Virus record (IMG/VR): IMGVR_UViG_3300037468_000575
Location: 1 to 64,000 of that record
Source: a virus
Lineage: Duplodnaviria > Heunggongvirae > Uroviricota > Caudoviricetes
Reading direction: 5' to 3' (one strand)
DNA: 64,000 nucleotides
Made by a program: the position numbers and the translations under genes. Shown here one piece after another: positions 56,493-64,000 of this stretch; within the stretch, counting starts at the first letter, position 1; each line of letters opens with the position of its first letter. The notes under the pieces were generated by a model. It saw only the letters and a list, made by a program, of their open reading frames with translations, did no database searches and had not been told where the DNA came from.

Positions 56493-56786
56493 TTACATTC
56501 CGTATCTGGGAAGTAGAAATGCTTTCGATACTATTTTTAGTTTTTCAGGATACCCTAACTGTGCAAACACTGTATATGCTTCTTTATCTCCGCCGTACAT
56601 AGACATATACTCAGCATCACAAACCATTTCAACAACATGCGATCGTGGCATAACTGGTTTTTCACCTGCTTCTTCAAGAGATCTTAACGCATCTCCTCCA
56701 ATTACATTCCACGTTTTTGTTGCCATATGTTGTATTCTTTTTTTCATTTCTTCATCTTTATCCATATTTCTCCTTTTTAACCTCAT
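56493..56786 (-). CDS. hypothetical protein (97 aa)
   Basis: ORF. Confidence 0.4.
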   Translation of the reverse strand: MRLKRRNMDKDEEMKKRIQHMATKTWNVIGGDALRSLEEAGEKPVMPRSHVVEMVCDAEYMSMYGGDKEAYTVFAQLGYPEKLKIVSKAFLLPRYGM

Positions 56787-56800
56787 AGGTGTTGAATAAT

Positions 56801-57091
56801 CTATGAATCATTTAGTGTCTCTTTCCAATTCCAACCTAAACTATTTACTCCAAACTGATCTGTCAAAAACTTGACAATGACATTTTTAAGCTTTGTTCCG
56901 TACATAATTTGTTCCAGGTTTAATAATTTAAATGTATGTGTTTCACAATCTTTTTGACATACACTTATCAAAAGACAGTCAAAGCAAGGACAGATGTAAG
57001 GAATATGAAGCTTGATATACGTACAGGGTATGTTCATGTCACTACGATATTGGTATAAAATACATGCTTTACATCTTTCTAAGACTGTCAT
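56801..57091 (-). CDS. Cys-rich microprotein family outlier (CPCxDCL)
   Basis: CKAC...C...ICPCFDCLLISVCQKDC. Confidence 0.5.
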   Translation of the reverse strand: MTVLERCKACILYQYRSDMNIPCTYIKLHIPYICPCFDCLLISVCQKDCETHTFKLLNLEQIMYGTKLKNVIVKFLTDQFGVNSLGWNWKETLNDS

Positions 57092-57094
57092 TGT

Positions 57095-57334
57095 TTACCT
57101 TAAACTATTTACTCCATATCTTTGTTCAAATCTAGCAATATTTAGATTTTTGTTAGCTGCTTCGTAATATAACTCCAAAGATATGTGTAAAAATATATCA
57201 CAATATTCTTTACATGCAGACAAAACAAGACAGTCATAACATGGACAAATTTGAGTAGCATCATATATTATAAAATTACAATGATGTTTTTGTTGTATGA
57301 ATAAACATGAAGAACATCGTTGTTGACGTTTCAT
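57095..57334 (-). CDS. Cys-rich microprotein family outlier (CPCxDCL)
   Basis: CSSC...HC...ICPCYDCLVLSACKEYC; begins 2 nt after topo II large-subunit ORF end. Confidence 0.5.
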   Translation of the reverse strand: MKRQQRCSSCLFIQQKHHCNFIIYDATQICPCYDCLVLSACKEYCDIFLHISLELYYEAANKNLNIARFEQRYGVNSLR

Positions 57335-57335
57335 T

Positions 57336-59123
57336 TTATCCTTCTTTCAGTAATAGTCTCTTCTCTTCTACATCCGAAAATAATTTTGTCATTTTCTCCA
57401 TATCTGTTGAATAAGTTACTGGAATTAATTTTCTCGTTTTTGGATCAACTAAACAAGTTTTTAATTGAGATGGATTTAACTCACCCAACCCCTTAAATCT
57501 CGTTACATGCTTTTTTGCATCCATAGCACCTTTAATATCTTTGTCATTCCATAATGGAATAAACGTTTTACCTTCATTGATTGCAAATAATGGAGTTTGA
57601 GCAAGAAAATATTTTCCCTGTTTAATAATTTCAGGAAGTAAAATGGCTACAACCATTGTTAAAAGACAAGCTATATGAGAACCATCTGGATCCGCATCTG
57701 TAGCACAAATAATCTTATCATATCTAAGATTGGCAATATCAAAATGTGGTTCTGCACCAGTTCCTAACGCCTGTATTAACTCACCAATTTCTTTATTTTT
57801 TAATATATCTTTTGCACCAGAGATATTTGGAATCTTTCCTTTCAAAGGAAATATAGCTGTAGTTTTAGGATCTCTACCTTGAATAAGTGAACCAGCCGCT
57901 GAATCTCCTTCTACAATAAACAATTCTCCATGTGTACTAATACAATCTCGAAGCTTTGTAAATTTAGTAGAGGATCTTTTTCCATTACCAATTGTTTTTA
58001 GTTTCTTAGATTCTAATTTTCTTCTATAGTTTTCAAATCCTGTTAACAAGACTTCTAACTGTGCTGGATACTTAGTAAAATAAGTTTCCATTTCGTTTTT
58101 TAGAATCTTTAAAAACTTATCAAAATCTGTTTTTCGATTTGTTAATTTCTCTTTTGATTGACCAGAAAATGTTGGCTTAATTAATCTTAAACTAATATAA
58201 CATCTTAATCCTGTTAAACAATCTGTTGGTTGAAATTTAAAATCCATTTTCTTTGCTTTTGAACCAAAGAAATCTCGAAAAAGATCATATAAAGCTATTA
58301 AATGAGTACCACCATTATCAACAGGTAAAAGATTTACAGAAGAGCTGACTCTTGGAGCGGCGCTTCCATCGAATGAATAAGAAAATGTTAAATCAAATGT
58401 TTCAAGATCAGTTTGTGATTTTAAAAAAATCAAATCAGTTGTTTCTTCTGCAATACTAATACAATATTTCTTAAAATAATCAGTTAAATTCATTTTAAAA
58501 ATTTCTGGATCATTGTCATCAATTTGTAACGAGAATGTAAAATCGTTTCCCAGTTCAGAGGCTGCTGTAATTAATCTTCGTCGGATTCTTTCAACATCCG
58601 GAATTAAATTTTCGAAAATCTGCTTGTCTGGTTTAAACTCAATTTTTGATGAAAATAAATGGGATTCGGTAAAATCTTTTATATGTTTTTGTTTTAACTT
58701 ACCATGTTCAAAATTAAAAATGGCATGTTTTTTATCACGATAAATTTCAATACTAAAATCTGAGCTTAAAGCATTTACAGCAACTAAACCAACACCATGA
58801 AGACCAGAACTGATTTTATAAGCTGTTTTATTATCCTGAAATTTTGCCCCGGAAAATAGTTTAGTTGATATAATGATCGGGGTTTCCTTATCAATTGGAA
58901 TACCCCGACCATTATCCGTAACTGAATATATCTTTTGTTTGGTATCTAAATTAATACAAACAGATGTTCCGAAACCAGATAGAAGTTCATCTAGAGCATT
59001 ATCTAAAGCTTCTTCAACAAGATGAATTGGGTTTTCAGTTGTCGAAATATACATTCCAGGATTCATTCGAACATGGTCAAATTCCTCTATAACTCTAATA
59101 TCTTTTGAGGTATATTCAGTCAT
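57336..59123 (-). CDS. type II topoisomerase, GyrB-like ATPase/Toprim subunit (T4 gp39(+60)-like)
   Basis: EALDNALDE, GRGIP, GLHGVGLVAVNALS (GHKL ATPase); Toprim ELFIVEGDSAAGS; 595 aa. Confidence 0.85.
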   Translation of the reverse strand: MTEYTSKDIRVIEEFDHVRMNPGMYISTTENPIHLVEEALDNALDELLSGFGTSVCINLDTKQKIYSVTDNGRGIPIDKETPIIISTKLFSGAKFQDNKTAYKISSGLHGVGLVAVNALSSDFSIEIYRDKKHAIFNFEHGKLKQKHIKDFTESHLFSSKIEFKPDKQIFENLIPDVERIRRRLITAASELGNDFTFSLQIDDNDPEIFKMNLTDYFKKYCISIAEETTDLIFLKSQTDLETFDLTFSYSFDGSAAPRVSSSVNLLPVDNGGTHLIALYDLFRDFFGSKAKKMDFKFQPTDCLTGLRCYISLRLIKPTFSGQSKEKLTNRKTDFDKFLKILKNEMETYFTKYPAQLEVLLTGFENYRRKLESKKLKTIGNGKRSSTKFTKLRDCISTHGELFIVEGDSAAGSLIQGRDPKTTAIFPLKGKIPNISGAKDILKNKEIGELIQALGTGAEPHFDIANLRYDKIICATDADPDGSHIACLLTMVVAILLPEIIKQGKYFLAQTPLFAINEGKTFIPLWNDKDIKGAMDAKKHVTRFKGLGELNPSQLKTCLVDPKTRKLIPVTYSTDMEKMTKLFSDVEEKRLLLKEG

Positions 59124-59133
59124 CTATGTACTC

Positions 59134-59325
59134 CTATCTTTTCTTTTTTTGTTTGCTGTTCCAATAATCGATTTGTGGTATTATCACTGTATGAATTAAT
59201 AATAAATAACACAAGAAGATTAAAGAAAATCTAGCCTTCTCAATATCTTGTGAAATTAACATTAACATAAAATAGAAAACTATAAAAAATTTGATAACTA
59301 GTCTTATTATTAGAAGTGATTTCAT
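59134..59325 (-). CDS. small membrane protein (63 aa)
   Basis: Hydrophobic ORF. Confidence 0.35.
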   Translation of the reverse strand: MKSLLIIRLVIKFFIVFYFMLMLISQDIEKARFSLIFLCYLLLIHTVIIPQIDYWNSKQKKKR

Positions 59326-60599
59326 TAGTTAATTCTCACGACAGGGCCTGTTTTGTTTATGGTCGTAATAACACCCCTCTGAGAAACAACCCAAATAATT
59401 TTCTTAGGTAGTGATTTTCTTGAATAACCGTTGATATTATCACAATATCCATCTGTAAATCCAAGAACAACATCACATTGTAATAATTTGGCGCGTTTTA
59501 ATCCTGGATACAATTCTGTACCTCCGCGTCCTTTTATACCAAATTGAATATCTCTTATTTTTTTTACTTCATATTCTTTTTGGACTTGCGCATCACATTC
59601 AATTACCATAACCTTACAATTTTTATCATTTTCGATGATACTTTTAATACCAGAAAGTCCTTCAAGAATATCATCTTTTGACATACTTCCAGATGTATCT
59701 AGCAGAATACAGACAAAGAAACTAAAGTTTCTTTTTTTACCAGGAAACGGACTAATAATAGGAATGTTTTTATTCGTGGCATCTAACGCAAATACATATG
59801 TTCTTTTTCGATTAATTCTTGTAGAACTCCTTTGAAACTTTGATAATCTTGATGCTCTAACATACTTTCTAATAATTTGATAATATGGAGCTTCTGGTGG
59901 TTTTAAAGCTTGTTGAATTAACTCTTCAATACCCGCTGGTAATCTACCCCTTTGTTGGTTAAAATTTTTGATAGATTCTCTAATAATTTTCATAGTATGG
60001 TGGTCTAATTTTCTTGATAATGAACTTAGATCAGAAACCTCATTCGTAATAGCATCCCATTTGTCATGACTACATACCGCTTTACGGTTTTCGTTTGTCC
60101 CAGAGTCTGAACCACCTTGGTTCTTGTTCTGTTTTAGTAATTCATGATAATAATATTCTGTTGCTTTCTTCAGCGGGAGCTTATAATCCAGAGGAAAACA
60201 CAGTGGCCATTCTTGCCCAGCGATGAGAAATGTTTTTGGAAAACTACATTGTTCATTAACGCAACAGTCACAAGCGATATTCCACGCATGTTTTTTTCTC
60301 TCCGTAATTTTTTCTGTAGAGACTTCATTTGCTCGCATTCGTAGAAAACGAGAAACATGCTTATTCAGAATATGCATTCCTTCATGTTCTAAAAGTTTTA
60401 AAACAATGTCATCCTTCGTATTTTCCAGTAAATTAGGATCATAATATAAACAAAGAGTCCCATCAGCAACAGGACCAATTCCCATAATTGATCGTAACCC
60501 TTGCAGGACGGCTTGACGTCTAATTCGAGAAAATAAATATCCCCAGTAGTGATTACGCAACACAAATTTAGCAACTAATTCTTTCATTCGATCAGCCAT
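59325..60599 (-). CDS. VWA-domain protein with N-terminal HExxH metallopeptidase-like region
   Basis: LLEHEGMHILNKH (HExxH); MIDAS FVCILLDTSGSMSKDD (DxSxS). Confidence 0.6.
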   Translation of the reverse strand: MADRMKELVAKFVLRNHYWGYLFSRIRRQAVLQGLRSIMGIGPVADGTLCLYYDPNLLENTKDDIVLKLLEHEGMHILNKHVSRFLRMRANEVSTEKITERKKHAWNIACDCCVNEQCSFPKTFLIAGQEWPLCFPLDYKLPLKKATEYYYHELLKQNKNQGGSDSGTNENRKAVCSHDKWDAITNEVSDLSSLSRKLDHHTMKIIRESIKNFNQQRGRLPAGIEELIQQALKPPEAPYYQIIRKYVRASRLSKFQRSSTRINRKRTYVFALDATNKNIPIISPFPGKKRNFSFFVCILLDTSGSMSKDDILEGLSGIKSIIENDKNCKVMVIECDAQVQKEYEVKKIRDIQFGIKGRGGTELYPGLKRAKLLQCDVVLGFTDGYCDNINGYSRKSLPKKIIWVVSQRGVITTINKTGPVVRIN

Positions 60600-60621
60600 T
60601 GATGTCTCCTAACAAAATAAG

Positions 60622-60647
60622 TGGAGAGGAGGTTCTACTCCTCTCCA
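60622..60647 (-). terminator. terminator hairpin
   Basis: TGGAGAGGAG-gttcta-CTCCTCTCCA after the AAA+ gene stop; T-rich after on the minus strand. Confidence 0.45.
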
Positions 60648-60655
60648 GAGAAGAA

Positions 60656-61894
60656 TTAATCTTTTCCTGCTTGAACAATTGCTTCATAAAATTTCTTTTT
60701 ATAATCTTCGCTACTTTTCATTAACAGACTATGTATCTTTGTAATATAAATAAATTCTTCAGACTGTCGTGGATATTTATCAATCAGACTTACAAACAAA
60801 GCTGCTGTATCAATTGGAACAAGGATAAGAAAGTTTACTAAATTCTCCAATGATTTCTTAGTATGATCTGGTCGACTTGTAGCTAAATAGGTACAAAAAG
60901 ATGTCATTAATTCGCCAAGCTTGGCGTTATTTCCAGCGTCAACAAATCCTCGAATATATTTTTCTACTTTGTCAAAATGGAAGAAAACATCTTTTGGATT
61001 AATGTCCTTCTGATCCCGTGCGAAGTCCATAAAGAGTTGTGCTTTATGAACATTCAACAATCCTGAAGCCAGCACTTCAAGTTTGTCAAAATTTGGTTGA
61101 ATTCCATCATTATGATAAAATTTCCATAAATGATCAGATAGTTTTTCATACGATGCTGGATTAGCAAATACTGATCCAAGTTTTTGAGCGTCAAAATCAT
61201 AGAGAAAATCAGGATGAGTTTGAATAAACTCAATTACATATGGATGAAACTTTTGCTGTATAGCATATTTTAAAAAATCAACAGCATTTACATCTACGTA
61301 TACATGTAGTTGTCTTCTAAGACCAGCTGCATCTTCTAACATATCCATTGAATATTGAGAATCATCTGGATTATCAGTACATATAATAAACCATCCCTTT
61401 GGAAACACATATCGATGAACAGCACATTCATTTTGAATTTGCCATAAAAGTTGTTGTAATTGATGATCACCTCGCGATAATTCATCAATTACAAACAACC
61501 CAAATTTACTCTCAGGTTTAGGAACAAAATCAGAATACAACATTTTAAAACTTGTGTTTCCATTGTCAATAATGGGAAATGGAATGATAAAATCATCTCT
61601 TGAAAGAACAGGGGCTTTTACCATAATTAATTCAAATGGATGAGTTAATTCTGTTGTTAGTTCTTTCACAATTTGCGTACAAATTTGAGTCTTTCCAACT
61701 CCAGCAGGGCCGATAATTCTAAAACATTGTTTTTCAACATTAACCCCTTTATTCCAAGTATTAAGAGTATTTCTAATTTCTGTTTTTATTAGGTCTTTAA
61801 CTTGTGAGATAGTAAGAACCGAAATATTTAATCTTTCAACATAAGAAAGTTCTTGATTCTCTTTCGTATTTTCTGGGGCTGTACTTGTTGTCAT
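60656..61894 (-). CDS. MoxR-like AAA+ ATPase
   Basis: Walker A IIGPAGVGKTQ; Walker B GLFVIDELSRG; paired with adjacent VWA protein. Confidence 0.65.
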   Translation of the reverse strand: MTTSTAPENTKENQELSYVERLNISVLTISQVKDLIKTEIRNTLNTWNKGVNVEKQCFRIIGPAGVGKTQICTQIVKELTTELTHPFELIMVKAPVLSRDDFIIPFPIIDNGNTSFKMLYSDFVPKPESKFGLFVIDELSRGDHQLQQLLWQIQNECAVHRYVFPKGWFIICTDNPDDSQYSMDMLEDAAGLRRQLHVYVDVNAVDFLKYAIQQKFHPYVIEFIQTHPDFLYDFDAQKLGSVFANPASYEKLSDHLWKFYHNDGIQPNFDKLEVLASGLLNVHKAQLFMDFARDQKDINPKDVFFHFDKVEKYIRGFVDAGNNAKLGELMTSFCTYLATSRPDHTKKSLENLVNFLILVPIDTAALFVSLIDKYPRQSEEFIYITKIHSLLMKSSEDYKKKFYEAIVQAGKD

Positions 61895-61919
61895 AACATT
61901 CTCCTAACATGTATAACGG

Positions 61920-62828
61920 TTAATTAAAATCCAAGTCAAATGCAAATGGTGGTTCACTTGGAGACCCTTGTTCTGTTTTTGTTTGAGGATTATCCATTGG
62001 AACAAGACCTTCAGCTGCTGCTCCAGCATAAGAACTAGATGAGACTTTATTTTTTGACCAATCAAATTTTTCTTCAAATTTCGAAAGTGTAGTTTTTGCT
62101 ACCTTTAAGATTGCAAGTACACTTTCGGTAGGAAGCTTAACTGATTTTTGTAGTACAAATACTTTCTTTACTCCAAATGATGAAGGCGCTTCCCCAATTG
62201 TAATACGAGTTAAGTATCGCTTATTATTTACAACATCTGCCTCGAACTTTTTTGATTCTTCTGTTACTGGAGTAAAAATCGGATCTAATTCTTCTTTAGA
62301 TAGTTCTGTGAGATAAGAAGATACATTGCTGTATTTTACACCTTTTCCACGAATAAAAATCATAATAGGTTTCTTGTTTTCGTCAATTCTTGGTTTCCCA
62401 GAAGCCTCACACAGGATTCCTGTTACTAAGATCTGAGATTTGCAAGGACTACAATATTCATTAGATGCTCTTTCTGCCGAATTGGTTCCGCATGGTCTCA
62501 ATGAACCGTTGGCTAGTTTTGAGGTTCCAAACCATGGAGATGGTCCCTTCTTAAAAGAAAAACATTCAATTGTATCGCCTCTTGGTGTAGTTTTCACTTT
62601 TGCAAGAATCTCTTTTACATGTGTAATAACCATCGTTACTTCTTGCAAATTATATTGTAATCCTCTAATTTGCAAAAAGCCAGCCTTTTCCTCAATATTA
62701 ATATGATTTTTTCTGTTTTGGCCAGCAATATACAGAGAATGAAAAAATTCATCTTCTGGAGCTGTTTGTTGTTTCGATTCATATCCTGTTCCTGCTAATC
62801 CAGCAAAATCATCCATATTGGTTGTCAT
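61920..62828 (-). CDS. hypothetical protein (302 aa)
   Basis: ORF. Confidence 0.5.
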   Translation of the reverse strand: MTTNMDDFAGLAGTGYESKQQTAPEDEFFHSLYIAGQNRKNHINIEEKAGFLQIRGLQYNLQEVTMVITHVKEILAKVKTTPRGDTIECFSFKKGPSPWFGTSKLANGSLRPCGTNSAERASNEYCSPCKSQILVTGILCEASGKPRIDENKKPIMIFIRGKGVKYSNVSSYLTELSKEELDPIFTPVTEESKKFEADVVNNKRYLTRITIGEAPSSFGVKKVFVLQKSVKLPTESVLAILKVAKTTLSKFEEKFDWSKNKVSSSSYAGAAAEGLVPMDNPQTKTEQGSPSEPPFAFDLDFN

Positions 62829-62856
62829 CTTTTTTAGTTCTCCTTTTTTTTATTGT

Positions 62857-63441
62857 TTAAAAATTTGGAATCAGACAGAAATCACTGTGGTTTCTATCTT
62901 TGGGAATTGTTATAATTGAAAACTCTGCATTAAACCAGCACTTTAAGTTCTCTTCAAGAAAAGTAGAAGATAAAAATGGAACTAATTGATATTGAGGAAG
63001 AGTTAACTCCGGCTGTTCTACTGTAATTGGATTAATTTTTCGAACTTTACTATCCGTGATTGGTGGAGTTAATAATTTTGGATGAGGACAGTAAACAATG
63101 ACTAATCTAGTGCCTACCATTCTAAATATTTCATTCTTGTATAAAAAAGTATTTGTATCCAAATCATGAAGGACTTTGTTAGCTTTCAATACTCGAGTAA
63201 TTGATGTATGTTGTCTACATAACATTCCTTCTGCTTCTTTTTGTTTACATGCTTCACAATTCTTATCATCTATTGTATATTTAGTTTTTGGTTCGAATGT
63301 TTTATCTAAGCCTTTTTCAAAAAAGGTTAATATTTTTCTTTTATTTAAAAAGTATTTTACAAATGTAATAGGGTATACGTCACATTCAAATGATTCAATA
63401 ATTTTCTCGACTGAAATTGGTTTCATTGTTGCCTCCAACAT
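62857..63441 (-). CDS. hypothetical protein (194 aa)
   Basis: ORF. Confidence 0.5.
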   Translation of the reverse strand: MLEATMKPISVEKIIESFECDVYPITFVKYFLNKRKILTFFEKGLDKTFEPKTKYTIDDKNCEACKQKEAEGMLCRQHTSITRVLKANKVLHDLDTNTFLYKNEIFRMVGTRLVIVYCPHPKLLTPPITDSKVRKINPITVEQPELTLPQYQLVPFLSSTFLEENLKCWFNAEFSIITIPKDRNHSDFCLIPNF

Positions 63442-63606
63442 AATTAATTAAAAATTTGAACAAAAACGGAAGAGCTGAATTCAACCCTACTCCTATGCAG
63501 TAGATTGAAACCTCTCTTTGTTCTAAACAAAATCCACAAAATACTTTTGGTTTGTTTAGTTCATCAAGCGGTGCCAATCTACCACATAGGGTAGGGCGAT
63601 GCAAGA

Positions 63607-63756
63607 TTACATATACCGATTCAAAATGTCACTTCGAATCTCAAAACCCAAAAATTTTCCCACTTTTACGATAGTGGATGAAGGGCCTTTTCTAAGAAAG
63701 TCTTCAATTTTTCTTCTTAATATCTTTAAATATTCTTCATCTGATACTTTTACCAT
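63607..63756 (-). CDS. possible small gene (49 aa)
   Basis: CAAGGAGGTG upstream; ATG at 63756 (MVKVSDEEYLKILRRKIEDF...); below ORF-track cutoff. Confidence 0.3.
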   Translation of the reverse strand: MVKVSDEEYLKILRRKIEDFLRKGPSSTIVKVGKFLGFEIRSDILNRYM

Positions 63757-63874
63757 TTTCTCATTCTTTACACCTCCTTGTTATGGTTCAAACGTAGGAT
63801 TCTCTAATAGGAATAATCTGTAAGGGAAAAAATAAAAATAAATGTATCTTTTCCTAACAACATTCCTTCTCACA

Positions 63875-63889
63875 AATTAATATATATAG
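63875..63889 (-). promoter_or_regulatory. conserved promoter-like motif
   Basis: Same 28-mer context as the 14.1 kb copy; directly follows a minus-strand stop at 63895. Confidence 0.5.
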
Positions 63890-64000
63890 ATACCCTATTT
63901 TTTAATTGGTGTTGTTTGCATATCAACACTAGCAGGATGCTGGTAGTTATTCATATCAAAAGTAATAGACCCTTCTTTGACCATATCAAACGTTACTTTA

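Noticed and set aside
63395-63823. ORFs 63395..63604 (-) and 63599..63823 (+)
   Set aside because: There are no RBS or motifs. A 49-aa minus ORF with a strong CAAGGAGGTG SD (63607..63756) explains the region better.
1-64000. Alternative genetic code (TAG or TGA reassignment, as in some megaphages)
   Set aside because: Large genes (RNAP beta 1015 aa, beta' 902 aa, SbcC 725 aa, 813-aa protein) are uninterrupted under the standard code and inter-ORF gaps are minimal.

Overview
This 64-kb window is AT-rich (roughly 30% GC by eye) and carries more than 100 tightly packed genes, almost all on the minus strand. The content points to a large virulent dsDNA phage rather than a cellular chromosome. 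Recognisable genes include a T4-like large terminase, a split type-II topoisomerase with gp39-like (595 aa) and gp52-like (442 aa) subunits, an SbcC/SbcD (gp46/gp47-like) nuclease pair and an SF2 DEVH helicase. There is also a compact, unsplit bacterial-type RNA polymerase beta (1015 aa) and beta' (902 aa), GDP-mannose 4,6-dehydratase, a radical-SAM enzyme with a C-terminal Cys cluster, QueD and a FolE2-like protein, and a MoxR-AAA/VWA pair. Most unusual: (1) 25 tandem paralogues (plus 2 clear outliers next to topo II and 2 more-distant relatives) of ~60-aa cysteine-rich microproteins sharing the motif C-P-C-x-x-C-[LI]-[VI]-K-[VI]-x-C-x3-C, occupying 6.5-13.4 kb; (2) a complete ubiquitin-like conjugation toolkit at 34.6-38.9 kb, comprising a JAB/MPN peptidase, two ThiF/E1-like proteins, a HeH-domain::beta-grasp Ubl fusion with a C-terminal extension, and a minimal E2-like protein; (3) other lineage-specific paralogue families (MCL...GFHIY x6, and four proteins sharing an N-terminal 'DFVTNSSST' module); (4) a recurring AT-rich promoter-like motif (TAG-ATATATATTAATT on the minus strand), several factor-independent terminator hairpins including two near-identical copies, and a GC-rich structured island at 13.54-13.74 kb. 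Start codons from the ORF track are approximate; several are TTG or read-through, and internal ATGs are probably the real starts.
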